Shown in pieces: positions 1 to 12,454 of a stretch of 64,000 nt of DNA; the stretch's first letter is position 1; every line of letters begins with the position of its first letter. Made by a program: the position numbers and the translations under genes. Origin of the DNA: Nymphaea colorata (taxonomy: Eukaryota); NCBI RefSeq assembly GCF_008831285.2, contig NC_045138.2, positions 2,108,001-2,172,000 of the forward strand. Direction: 5' to 3'. The notes beneath the pieces were generated by a model. The model worked only from the letters and a program-made list of their open reading frames with translations, did not search any database and was not told the DNA's origin.

Positions 1-933
1 CCCCAAAGAAGGAAGGATGGGCGAAGAAAAGGAAAATATGAAGACTATCGAAAATGGAGAAGAAGACCCAATTAGAATGAACAATCCAGATAGAGAAAAA
101 TGGTCATTAGAAAGAAGAGGTCCGTGTATTCAGAAACAAAACCGAGATAAACCAACACAACGAGAAATAAAAATCATACCTGTGGAGAGTCTTCCAAGAG
201 CAACGAAAGGGAGAGAGATGGGAGCAGGGGGAGAGAGACAGAGAGATCAGAGGCTTTTTACCTTCCCTTCCCTCCTCGCTCCTCATTTTGGGTCTTTTCT
301 TTTCTTTTTTGTTTCTTTTTCTTTCTTTTTGGTGGATTTACTTTCGCTGTTGGTATTTTTCTTTTTCCCATACAATCTTTTCGCTGGTGTATGAGACTTT
401 TGAGGCCATGGATCCGAAGAGACAGGGAAGGAGGGAGACAGCGAGACGTTCGAACTGCCATCCAGAGGGAAACTACGTCTGGTTGTTGCCTGTTCGGACA
501 TCTCGCTGTCTCCCTCCCTCCCCGTCTCTCGGGATCTATGGCCTCGAGATTGTAAGGGAAAAAGAAAAATACCAACAGCAAAAAGTAAATCTACCAAAAA
601 AAAGAAAAAGAAAAGAAAAAGAAAAAGAGAAGACCCAAAACGAGGAGCGAAGAGGAGAGAAGGGAAGGTTAAAAGCCTCAGATCTCTCTCTCTCTCCCCT
701 CCAACCCCTCGCATCTCTCTCCCTCTCGTTGCTCTTGGGAGACTCTCCACGGGTACGAATTTTATTTCTCGCAATATTGATTTATCTCGGTTTTGTTTCT
801 GAATACGGATCTCCTTCTTTCTAACGACCATTTTTTTCTATCCCGATTGTTGGTTCTAATTCTAAATCGGTCTTCTTCTCCATTTTCACTAGTCTTCATA
901 TTTTCCTTTTTTCCCATCCTTCCTTGTTTGGGG
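1..933. repeat. Long imperfect inverted repeat (hairpin A); loop ~456-491; left arm may extend beyond the window
   Basis: 1-20 ccccaaagaaggaaggatgg mirrors ccatccttccttgtttgggg at ~913-933; tattcagaaacaaaaccgagataaa mirrors tttatctcggttttgtttctgaata; ORFs 17..394(+) and 283..831(-) are mirror translations. Confidence 0.92.
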
Positions 934-1907
934 ATTGTCCATGGCTCGTTTCTTATAGACGGCTGCTTTTTTGCATTGTAGTTTTTTTTCTTAACGCAAT
1001 GGATGTTTCCATATCACGTGCTAAAGATCTTTGTTTTGGCTTTGTGACATGATAATGCAAAGAGAAATTTCCCCAAGGCAAATGATTCAGATGTCTGGTT
1101 GTTTACAGATTTGTGCTTTTGTGTATTGCTTCTGCGTTTGCTTTTACCGGATTCTATTGTTTGGGCTTCCTCTAGGTCGTTGCCGTTCGTTCTGAGGCGT
1201 TTGAGTTCTTTTTTTTGTTTTTTTCAAGCTCGCCATATTACCCAGAAAAGTAAATAACCACAAGAGCTATTGCTACAACCACTTTAATTAATAGCCACAA
1301 GAAAGACCGTAGCTGAAAATACTTTTTGCTATGGTTTTTGGGGTCTATTAGCTATGGTTTTGACTACGGAAGTGATAAGTAACAAGCTGCCTAAGCCATT
1401 TACAAGAGAAATGCATCACGAATCAATGTTCTCCGAAGAGAGGGAGAGATAGAGAGATCCTAGCAATATCACTCACGGAAGCAACTGCAGTGCCGGCAAA
1501 GTTTTCAACACAAACCACAAAAATTAGCCCTCGAATTTTCAAAACACAGGGCTCTAAAAACCATATTTCAACCTCGGTCATGAAAAATTTCTTGCTCCAC
1601 CCCTAACTATTGGTACCACCACAACACCGATGGCCTTTTTCTGTAGTGTTTTCGATTCCTCTGTGCAGCTATTTATCTTATGCAGATAAATTATTTCTTT
1701 AATTAACTTCCAAATATAAATTATATTTTTTAGGGAAATAAATGATATTTTATTAAGTTCGATCGGATGCACCTAACATATAAGATTTCTGTTGCTATTT
1801 TTCTTAATTTCCATTCCAAAATAAAGGCCTTGTCAATGGGTTGGAGCAGCAGCAGTCCAATTCTTGCCCCGTAAAATATCTGTTTAGGTGGATCTGAGTA
1901 TGGCTGC

Positions 1908-2314
1908 TGCTGCACAACGTGTCGAGCCAACTCGGGCTTGACTCAAACTCGCTCGAAAAGACTTGGCTCGTGCTCAACTCGTTTATATATGAGCTGAGTT
2001 TGAGCTTAGAAAGATATCCGAAATGATAAACGGGTCGAGTTCAAGTTTCCAGAACTTGACTCGACTTGAAAACCGCTACTTTGTATAATATTGTCAAAAC
2101 CAGTTTCACCAGTTACACAAGTTAAACGAGTTAACACTTACACGAGTTAAATGAGTTAATGCTTACATGGGTTCATGTTAAACGAGTTAAATGAGTTAAC
2201 CCGTAAACGAGTCAAATGAGCCGGGTTCGTGCCCAGCTGTAGCTCGAGTTTTCTTAGCCCAGTCGAGCTCCAGCTGACTAAGTTCCAGCTTGACTTGACT
2301 AGTGTGCAGCCCTA
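1908..2314. mobile_element. MITE-like non-autonomous element
   Basis: Terminal inverted motif gctgcaca...tgtgcagc; interior of repeated ctcgag/aaacgag/gagtt motifs. Confidence 0.6.
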
Positions 2315-2833
2315 AGGAGTGAATATTGATTTCTAATAATTACAACCCACTTTGATTTAGATCATATTGGTTCGACCTGATTATGATCTGATTCGACCTA
2401 TTTCAATATTGACACTGAACTGGATCCAATTACAAATCGGGTCACCTGTTCCTGTTAAAATCGGCCAATTCAGATAGGTTCAAATAACACTGGTTTCCAA
2501 AGATAATTAACGCAGAAACGAATAATACTCTTAACTACTATATTTTCTTCTTTCTAGATTCACAAACGTCAATGTTTCAAGGTACTCACCAAAGAAATCT
2601 TGATAAACCAGTTTTCTTACTGGTCTGAAGTAGAGAAACTAAGGGTTCAGAAGTAATCCAATATTCGATCTTTAAAAATCAGATCATTAGCATTTTTTCT
2701 CACTTATCTATCCAATTCCCGAAGACACCGAAATCCACAACTGACATGCAAAGATTTACGTATGGCACCTAAAATTTTAGCACATAACCAAGACATTGCA
2801 AATTCAAACTTTTCATTTAACTGCATCCCTACT

Positions 2834-2951
<118 letters not shown>

Positions 2952-3094
2952 TTCAGAGTCCTCCATCAATCTCTCAAGGTAATCAATATGAAGGAAATGT
3001 ATGGTTGAGAGATAAACAAGCAGAAAGAGGTGAATTAATACTAGATAATGAAAATGACTGTCACTTTTTTCTTAACCATTTAGATGAATGAATG

Positions 3095-3478
3095 TAGAGA
3101 TGTCAATGGATCAGATTTGAATAAGATATATCATTAATCATATATGCTTTTTTGGATATTCACATATTCAGATTCAAATTTGAATAAAGAAAAGTCATAT
3201 TCGATTTCAAATCTGAAATCTGATTTTACAATCTGAATCTGATCTGCATCTGATTTTTATATTTATTTCCGAATCCAAATCTGATATCTGAACTGGATTT
3301 TGCCAATTTTCAAAATTTAATCACACTAGATACAGGATATTTGTCTAAAAAGGAATTTGATCCGAATCCGATAGGATATTTATGTATATCTGAATTCAAA
3401 TACAAATTTGATTGCATGTTATTTATTAAATCCGAATCCGATCCAATCCCTTAATCCTTATTTATATGAATCGAAATT
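3095..3478. mobile_element. Truncated MITE (gatgtcaa.ggat / aatccga family)
   Basis: Homologous to the 5157-5582 copy; repeated aatccga/atctga motifs. Confidence 0.6.
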
Positions 3479-3958
3479 TCGAGGGGCAAAATGTTTTTTT
3501 AAATTACTTTTAGATAAAAAAAAATTTACTCATGTTTTTTTGGGGGAAGGGCATGGCCCATGCCTCCTATGGCTCTGCCCCTGCTTCCTTGATTTCTTGT
3601 TCATTGAATGAATTTCTCAAAAGTAATGCATCTTTGGGCGGGCAAGAGTATAGAATACCTTACCATTTGACTATGAAAATAGTAACAAATATTGAGCCAA
3701 ATTCTTGAAATACTATGTCACATTTTTTGGGGTAGATTTTTAGAATGACCTGTTACTATTTCCATTCAAAGTTTTACACGAGATGTGAGTCGAATTTGGT
3801 AAGAAAAGATGCTAATCTGATGCATTTTTATCAAACCCAACTACATGAATTCAGATTTTAAAATGGAATATTGGATATTCTATCTGAACCCATGCTATCC
3901 TTAGTTTGCAAAATAGGCACATGAAGGTTTCTTTGGTAAGTGTACCTCCACTTTTGAA

Positions 3959-4859
3959 TAGGGTTGGGCATCGGGCCGAGCGCCCGGCCCAGCCCGAAAA
4001 AAATGTCCAAATGCAAGCCCGTTAAAGTCATCAGAGCAGCCCGAGACCCGGCCCGTTCTTTATCGGTCGGGCCGGGCTTTTGTATTATCGGGCCTCGAGC
4101 TTTTGTGTATGCCCCAAGCCGGGGCTCGATTATTGCCAGGCCGGGTCGGGCTTTCTCGGGCCAGGCTTGGTTGTCGGGCAAGGAAGGGTGTCGTGCCTCC
4201 CCCCTTCTTCCGTTGCTCTGCACTCTCCCTCTTTTCCTTTCCCCTTCCCTTTTAATTTCTCTCTTCCCACACTCCCTTTGCTCTCCATCAGTCTCACTTG
4301 TCAATTAGAGTGGGGAGGTAAGCTAAAGGATACAAGCCTCAAGCAGATGAAGGCGGCAACTTCTCATGGACTAACAGAATAGAGGTTGTTAGAGGTGGCA
4401 GCGAGGCTTTCCCTTGAATCAATCCCTCTCCCTCTTTCACCTTCACACACAGAAGGGTGGTGGGGACGGTGAGAGGGCAGTGGATTGAGGATATTATGCA
4501 GAATCTTCCTAACCTTGATGGGCGATAGGTGATAGGCGACAGGGACTCAGAGAACCAAACGCAGAGGAGTTTCAAGCAGTTGCAGGGCTGAATGAACGAT
4601 GGTCGATGGCTTGAAGTCTGGAACGGGAGAGAAAGAATGCAAGTTGAAGAAACCCTAACATAATTTTTTTTAAAAAATAAGTAACGGGGCCTTTCGGGCC
4701 CCCGACAACATGTATTTTAAACCCGAGCCCGGCTCGTTAATTACGAGGCTGGGCCAGGCCCGATAAAAAAGGCCCGTTAAACCATTTTTCAAGACCCCAG
4801 CAATGAGTCGAGCCGGGTACCGGGTACCCGGCCGCGGCCCGGCCCGGTGCCCAGGCTTA
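3959..4859. mobile_element. hAT-type non-autonomous element inserted upstream of the DEFL gene
   Basis: TIRs tagggttgggcatcgggccg / cggcccggtgcccaggctta; 8-bp TSD cttttgaa/cttgtgaa; empty site in paralogous unit (cacttgtgaatc ~31138). Confidence 0.8.
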
Positions 4860-5156
4860 CTTGTGAATCCTTAAAAAAGAAAATATAGTAGTTCATAATA
4901 TCTCACAGAGTATCATTAATGAGCTAAATCTTTCATAATCATTAGTGTTTATTTGAACCTGCCAGCTGAATTGGCAAATTTATTTGATAACTTATTAAAA
5001 GCATACGTGATTTGATATTTTTGTTGATTCCAATTCAAAGAACCTGTCCTTATAACATTATAGGAAATTAATCATGATAAATTTATAATTTTGGTACCAG
5101 AGTATATCTTTAGGAAGAGATGGACACGACCCTATGGAGACTTGCTAGTGGGACTA

Positions 5157-5582
5157 CAGATGTCAACGGATTGGATTCGAATCAGATATATTCTCAATCA
5201 TATCCATTTTTTCGGATATTCATATGTTCGGATTCAAATTCGAATAAAAAAAGTCTTATCCGAATCCAAATCTGAAATCCAATTTTGCAATCCGAATTTG
5301 ATTTTTATATTTATATCCGAATCCGAATCCAAATTTCAAACCGGATTTTGCCAATTTTCAATATTTAATAGCGTTAGATACTGGATATTTGTCTAAAAAT
5401 GAACCCAATCCGAATCTGATCAGATATTTATATATGTCTGAATCCGAATACGATTGGATGCCATTTATGAAATCCGATTTCGATTCAATTTCTTAATCAG
5501 ATATCAATTTTTTTTTCAATATCTAATTTTTCGGATCGGATCGGTCAGTTATCCAATCCAAATCAGATATATCGCCATCCTA
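5157..5582. mobile_element. MITE (gatgtcaa.ggat / aatccga family)
   Basis: Inverted termini gatgtcaa...tcgccatcc; many aatccga subrepeats; second copy at 3095. Confidence 0.65.
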
Positions 5583-5589
5583 AGTAAGA

Positions 5590-6038
5590 CCCGACTTATG
5601 ACCCGATCTAGTTCAGCCTCAATTACCTGAAAAGGTTCAATCAGATAAGTGGATCCAACGAAATATAGGATCCAATAAGTAGAACATGTCCTCACTGTGA
5701 GCACTCAAACACGCCATACTCAGATCCAACTAAGCGGATATGGAATGGGTCATGGACTACTGCTCCTACCCATTGAGAACAACAAGATGATATTCATCTT
5801 AAGATCCTTATTTTAAAATGAAAATTAAGAAAAAATAGAAACAGCTGGAAATCATATGTGGTAGTCTGGACCAAATCAAATATCATTTATTTCCCAAAAA
5901 GCATAGTATATACTTGGAAGTTAATCAAAAGAAATTATTTCTCATAATAAGATAAATAGCAGCACAAAGGCATCAAAAAGACCACAGTGGATTGGAAAAA
6001 TCTGCCAGAGAAGAAGGAAGAAGAAGAATAAAAAGACA
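5590..6038 (+). promoter_or_regulatory. Proximal promoter and 5'UTR of the DEFL gene (template for later duplicates)
   Basis: TATA-like gataaatagcagca at ~5951; GAA-rich leader before ATG; block conserved in 4-5 paralogous copies. Confidence 0.65.
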
Positions 6039-6093
6039 ATGGCGAAGAAAGTTATGGTTATTGCCCTTTTCGCCTACTTCCTTCTGATTTCAG
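6039..6093 (+). CDS. Defensin-like (DEFL) gene, exon 1: signal peptide MAKKVMVIALFAYFLLIS(G)
   Basis: 55-nt phase-1 exon encoding a basic then hydrophobic signal peptide, ending CAG|GCAAGT (GC donor); joins in frame to exon 2. Confidence 0.82.
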
Positions 6094-6271
6094 GCAAGTT
6101 CCTATGGCAATTCTTCTCAAGTTGTAAGCAGTATAATTAATTACCAACATTTCTTGGTTAATTTTGGTAATTTTAGATGATTATTTTCATCTTAGTTAAT
6201 CCTTTTTCTTTTTTAAACCGAGATGTGGTTGAAGGTCTACTTACATAATTAACTACCAAAAGATTAATTAT

Positions 6272-7248
6272 GCTGCTTGTATTCCAAAAAATATTATGGT
6301 TTTAGAGTGTTATAGAAAAATAATGTTTTATTTTGAAATAAGAGAAAAATGGACTCGCTCGTCGGTACGAAAATTGACCATTTTGGCGTCTTTACCAAGG
6401 GTAACTAATCTAAAGGCTATGCTTATTTTTTATGCATTTTGTTTTTGCTTAAACATCTTTTCATTCTAAATATGGTGTAGTGTTTGAGGAAATATTACAG
6501 ATTTGATGTTTCAAATTTCTGAAAAAACTTTTTGAGGAGTCATTTGAGAGTATAAAACACTTTGATTTGAGAAATTTTGAATTGAAAAATCTTTATAAAT
6601 ATTGTTTGGAAATATTTAAAAATCACATTTTGAAACCAATTTAGTGTTCTCTTAAGAATTTAAAAGTAGGTTTGTAATTTTACTCTAATTCAGTTACCAT
6701 ATATTAGAACTTAGGACTCCATCTCATTATGCTAAAGTTCTTTTAGAGAGGTGTTTGTGATTATTCGTGATTTTAATTCAATGTGAATGTATAAATGCAT
6801 TGACTTTACATGATTAGAACCAAATCATTCATTACTACCATAACATTCATATCATCACATACATCTAAGTTTTTCATTTTATTTATAAAATTACCATAAG
6901 TATTTTTACAAAAAGAGAAAAATTTTTGAAAATAGAATTAGATTGTAGACCATCAAACATGATTCATATATTGGATCACTAAGTTTTGATCATGGTGAAG
7001 TCAACAAATGAGAAATTAAAACCTTAGATCTTGAGAGAAAATATTCATAATAATGGAAAAGAGGAAAGAGTCTAATACGAGAGGAATAGGGAGAAAGAGA
7101 AAGAGAAAGTTATTTTGAAAAACAGAAAACTATACACACACACATGCATAGATATATGAAAACTCATGAAAAGTGTTAACTCTGATAGCAAGAGAGAAGA
7201 AGATTTTAGAAAGAGAAAGGGAGAGATTTTAGAGAAAAAGAGATAGAA

Positions 7249-7334
<86 letters not shown>

Positions 7335-9360
7335 GACATTTAACTTGAAGAGAAAAACAAAAGATTCAAGAGAGGGAAAATAAAACATACGTATACATTC
7401 GTATGTAAATGAAAATTCGTGAAAGAATATGTTGAATCATAGAGAGAAAGACAGAGAGATAGTCAAGTGCTTGTATACGTATATAACATGTTTATACATA
7501 TATGTCTTTATGAGAGTTTAATTCAAGAAATAACTTGAAAATATCCAACTTCGATATTTTTTATGTAGGCCAGAAAGGAACTTGTAGTCATGCAATAGCC
7601 TAGGCTAAGTCTCCAAGGCCTCGTTAAAGAGAGTTCTTGCCTTCGAAAATCTTATGAAAAACATAATTTTAAAGATTTTCATACATGAACGTAAAACCAC
7701 AATTATTTCGTTTATTATAAGAGAATATATTTCTCCCACCATTGAGTATGTAAGAAAATCAAGCAACGTAATAAAACACTAATTGGAATTAAGAGAGAAA
7801 CCAAACGTGAGAGTAACATGAAGATGCATTTTAACATATACATATTCGTGAAAAACTTTTTAGGGTTGGACAAATGCCAACTTTAAAATATCAACATAAG
7901 AATGAAGAAACCCGTGCATTTGCTCATTAATTAAGGAAAATTAATACATCATGCATGAACATTGTCTCAAACATAAACGATGAGTAAAACAATATAACAA
8001 GCATATTTTTTGAAATAAATAAAAAAATAAAATTTATTTCCACTTGCTCATACTCCTGGTGCACACAAGAGTAGCTCTCGACTCTGGATAGAGAAAAACC
8101 TTTAGAGCTTTTCTGCACAGCCATGAAGAGGTGGCAAAAGAAAATGGAAAACAAGAGGATGACTATGTACCTCTAATATAGATGATTTAGAAATGAGTCA
8201 CTTTCTTTAATTGATCCTAAGGTTGCTAAGGTTCCCCAAGATGATCTTCTTGTGCTTCCTTGGAGAATTGAAATTTGGAAAAGGTTACTCCTAAGGTTGG
8301 AGAAGATGAAGAAGAGAAGAAGAGATAAATGAAAAGAAAGAGCTAAGGAAAACTCTATATTTTCAAGTGAGAAAGTACTAGAGATTCCCAAAGTATTAGC
8401 TCATGCCTAAGAGAGAAGATTGTGAGGGTATTTATAGAGAGTCTTGAAGCCAAATCTTAAAATTTGAATTTTTTTGAATTTAATAATATTTTCAAGTGAA
8501 CTTTAATTATTTTCGATTTTTTTTTTTAAATTGGTTTTAACTAAGTGTGATTGGCCATTAGTCCTGTAAACACCCATTTGGGGTTGGGCAGGGCTAATGC
8601 CCACCAAAGAGAGCAAAAACCATCTGTTAATCAAGAAAAGGGCCTGCATGCAAGCCCTATCTCGACATGTTGTGTGCGCATGGCCACATGCGCATAGTGC
8701 TGTGGTGATGAATTGCACTACTCACTACTCCGTGGCACGTGATTATGTGTGCTCGTGTGCCGAGTTCAGATGAAGGGGGTGAAATGACCCACTTATTGTC
8801 TCGTATGGACGAATAAAGGGCATATTTCACCTTCCTTGCCTCCAAGGGTCCGATTATTTAGAAAATCATGTATTAAAAAGGGATTAAATTGTTGTTAGAA
8901 ATGGTGCTGACTCCGTTTTGAGTGATTCCAGGCTCGTTTTGGATTGGGTTCGATTGGTCTTTGACGTGTTGTACTGAGTGGTTTAAGCTCAAAAACACTT
9001 CTTGGCACGAGAACGAAACATAAAACAAAGAGAATGCACGCGCAGTGCTCATAGCATCAAATTTTGTCCTTTTAATCTTATACTTGGATTTTGAGTTTAA
9101 AATGCTCAATTTGTTTCTAGACCTAGATTTTAGATCTAATTTGAATTTGAAAGTTGGATTTCGTATTAGAATCTCGCGTTTGAATTTAAATCTTGGGTTT
9201 GGACTCAGACTAAAGATTCATTTTGGATCGAATAGTCATGCATTTGTTCTCGATCTAGGGTTGGTTTTAGGGTTTAAAAATTAAATCCAAATAAAATAAC
9301 TAAGATTTTCATATATGTGAAAATAAAATACAGTTTTTTGAAAACAATTTAGGGTGATAA
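6272..9360 (-). mobile_element. Solo LTR of the Ty3/gypsy Tat/Ogre-type family inside the DEFL intron
   Basis: Reverse-complement homology to LTRs 39468-42276 and 48841-52941; both LTR ends recognisable though degenerate. Confidence 0.8.
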
Positions 9361-9443
9361 TGATAGTGCATTATGTATATATATATATGATGATCAAATT
9401 ATCCATAAAATTAATGTATCGTTGTGACATGGCTTTTGCTTAG

Positions 9444-9625
9444 GTTGCATGGGAGCAGAAATACAACCGGATTCAGTGTGCTGCACCAACCCTTACAGTG
9501 GCTGCCACAAGGGGAACGGGGCGGACGAAAGGCGGTGCAACTCCTTCTGCGTCGGAAAGGGCTGCAGGGGCGGCGAGTGCAAGAACTGGGGCCACCCCGG
9601 CGGCCAGTGTCACTGCTATTGCTGA
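9444..9625 (+). CDS. Defensin-like (DEFL) gene, exon 2: GCMGAEIQPDSVCCTNPYSGCHKGNGADERRCNSFCVGKGCRGGECKNWGHPGGQCHCYC*; 78-aa precursor
   Basis: Acceptor ttttgcttag|; 10 Cys in the pattern CC..C..CxxxC..C.GG.C..CHCYC typical of plant DEFL peptides; GC-rich exon in AT-rich context. Confidence 0.9.
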
Positions 9626-10130
9626 TGATAGATCATACTCCCCACCTGTGATCAATATCTCTTGATCATTCTGATGATCAGTTCATCCTAATTATGATCT
9701 GATCACCATTCCATTTTGAAATTCAGGGCACCAATATGATCGAAGTCTTAGTTATTGATCATCGGTTCTTAGATGGTTTATATGTAGTCCAGATTTTGCA
9801 ATAAGAGTGCCTTCATTTTATCGATTGATGTTCATTGTTCAGTTTCTAAAGCGATGGGAACGCACTCAGGATGACGAGAGGCTTTACGATCACGTGCACT
9901 CTCAGTAACGTAAAACGCAGTATCTAAATTGCATCTTCAACTGACCAACATTTCTTAGAGATCTTCTCCTGACCACCTGCCTGTCACTTGTGCTGTGGGG
10001 TAGGGTGGAGACTAAGATCAAGAATTTGCTTCTCTCTCTAATTATAAGAACTCTGCTCCATGCACAGTTGGTTAAAGAGCAGTCCAACCCCGTCAATAAT
10101 CTAACTTTATGACTTAATTAACTTAAGTGC

Positions 10131-11514
10131 TTACAACAGCTCAGAAGCAGAAATTCTTCTTGCTTCATACTCGGTAGGATCCCACTGCTTCAAGTGAGCA
10201 GGTAGATCGGCAGCTTCACCATACATCATCTTCAAATACATATAAATTTGAAATAAATAATGAGAGTTCAATCCAGCATATATGCAAATACTCTTTGCTC
10301 TCAAGGTTGAGATAGCACCACTAGTAACGTGGTATTCTGGATATTTTAACATTCTGAGACAGGTTAGCTCTTCGAGTGCATTCTGCAACTCACGCACTGT
10401 TCGGCTGAGAAAGGTCGTCCCCTCCATCCGTCGAGAGACGGCTGATTTTGCGGTATAAAGCTTCCAACCTAATTCCAACCAAATCGGCTCAAACATGTCC
10501 ATCATAATAAATTGAGTAGACTTGACTCCAACAAGAGAATCATCTCCACGTGTATATGCGATGACAAAGTCATCTACAAGTCGTTTGAACATATATTGGA
10601 TGCCATATGCCCTGGGTTTTCAAGTACAATACCCCCGTTAGGTCCGGCAATCTTTCTATATATGAACAACTGAATCACGAAATGCCATATCTGCGTTTCC
10701 ACATTCGATGGAAACAAGAGTATTGATTCAAGACACTCAAAGGCGAATCGGATCTCCCATTCTTTCAATGCGGCGTCTAAACTGGACCAATCAAACATAT
10801 AGATGTAGTCCTATTCGCTCAATATCTCTCCGATTAAACCAGGCACAATGAGTAAAGGATCTTTTCAAATAGAATAGAAAGACTCAACTTCCTTGAAGTA
10901 CTCAATCAGCTGGTCGGCAAATAAGCCTTCGAGTAAGACATAATGAAATGCCTCCCCCCACACGTTTCGAAGTTTGCTCTTCACCTTGATCTGTGATAAT
11001 TGTGTTCTTGTGAACCCAATATCAGGTGTCGAGTCTACTAAGGCTTGTGGCGCATAGTCGCGATCGTAATCCAGCTTTTCAGCAATGGTTACGGGTTTCC
11101 ATTTGGCCCTGGCGTAGTTATCGTCGTCTCCTTTTCGTTCGACATAACCATATCCCGCGGCAGAGAAACTCATCCATTTAACAATGTCAAAATTCCCGTA
11201 TGAGATTGATTCGATTGATACATCCTCCTGAATAGCGTCAAAGTATGTTGCTTCGTTTGGTTCCATACCACATGACTCGGTTCACGTATCTTCGGTCCTT
11301 CGTATTTGAGGATCGCCTCTACATGTTGGTCGAGAGTACAGTAGCTCCTCGCCCAGCCCTGAAGCTCTAAGCATAAGTGTGTTGGTACATAGCGACAAAT
11401 AGCTTCAGCAGCATATGGGTCCACTATGATCTCGCACTCTTCGCTCGATCTGCGCTCTGTAGTGTCTCCGAGAACAATAAGTCCTTCACGAAGTCCTCTC
11501 CAGGCGTGATCCAT
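10131..11514 (-). pseudogene. Endogenous partitivirus (deltapartitivirus-like) RdRp, full span but disrupted
   Basis: Stitching ORFs 11170..11514, 10865..11266, 10574..10798, 10131..10592 gives WARSY, SAAGYGY, TPDIGFTRTQL, KLRNVWGEAFHYVLLEG, motif A DWSSLDA, motif C GDDS, FLSR, LKYPEY; frameshifts, two in-frame stops, motif B deleted. Confidence 0.93.
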
Positions 11515-11940
11515 CCTTGTAGCGCACTTCCGTAAGATGAGAAACAGTTGCGTTATTGCAGCGATTCAACCTTAGAGCACCTGCCGTCCACGTTAGTTTC
11601 CTGTTACAACCTATGTTACTACAAACATAATTTATAACAGAAACTAAATGGTTCTTTGATAATGTTTCCTCCAACGTTGGATAATGACCCTGAGCTCTAT
11701 CCTTCGTATCGTAATTGCAAGGGGACCACAAGATTGAATTGGAAAATTCTTTTTCATCATTTAAGATTGAGATTAATATTACCTCTACTATTCAGTTAAT
11801 CTCACACAAATGATAAAAACCTATGAGGCTGGTATAAAGTTTTCAGTGCTGCTTAATCTAGTGCTAATTCAAAAAAGATTAAACAAGTCAAGCCTCATAG
11901 AAGCAAACCAGTTGAACTCTTCTTTGACTGAAAGAGAGAA

Positions 11941-12290
11941 TGTCTAAAGCAGCGGAAGCTTGACCCTCCAGCCACGACTCAGTAGCAGCACCTGTGACAA
12001 AATAGAAGAGAAAAAGGAAGAAGCAAGAGAGAAATTGATTTTGGGGGTTTGCTTCTGAGAGACGCAGGTTGATAATCTAACGATCAACCATTAGATGAAT
12101 AGAGGCTGGGTTCTATAGACCGCCTCTCAGGATTTCCCCAATCCTAGCTACGGTTGTGGCAAGGAGTTTATGGTAAGCATTAAAACAGAAACTTAATATT
12201 GTGATTTGTTTCCCGTTTTAATTCTGTAACAATGGAAACTCCTTTGCAGTTACATAGACAAAGGATAGGGCTCAGGGCCACTACCCAACA
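11941..12290 (-). mobile_element. 3' LTR (~350 bp) of Ty1/copia element
   Basis: On the minus strand: purine-rich PPT ggccaagtggaaga, then TGTTGGG...TAGACA. Confidence 0.7.
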
Positions 12291-12454
12291 TCTTCCACTT
12301 GGCCATGAGACCGCCAGTTTGCTTCCACTTTATGTAGGTTTTCTATTTCTAAGTTACGAGGTTTTTCATAATTGGTTTGTCCATCGTAACTTGAATTTAG
12401 TTCAACGTTTGTAGTGAGGTTTTCCATTCAAGGTTTTTTCCATCGCAACCTTTC

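Noticed and set aside
3858..4382. Overlapping 100-148-aa ORFs
   Set aside because: Lie within a GC-rich hAT-type element; no recognisable domain
9424..9655. Track ORFs 9424..9651(+) and 9473..9655(-)
   Set aside because: Wrong frame or strand over DEFL exon 2
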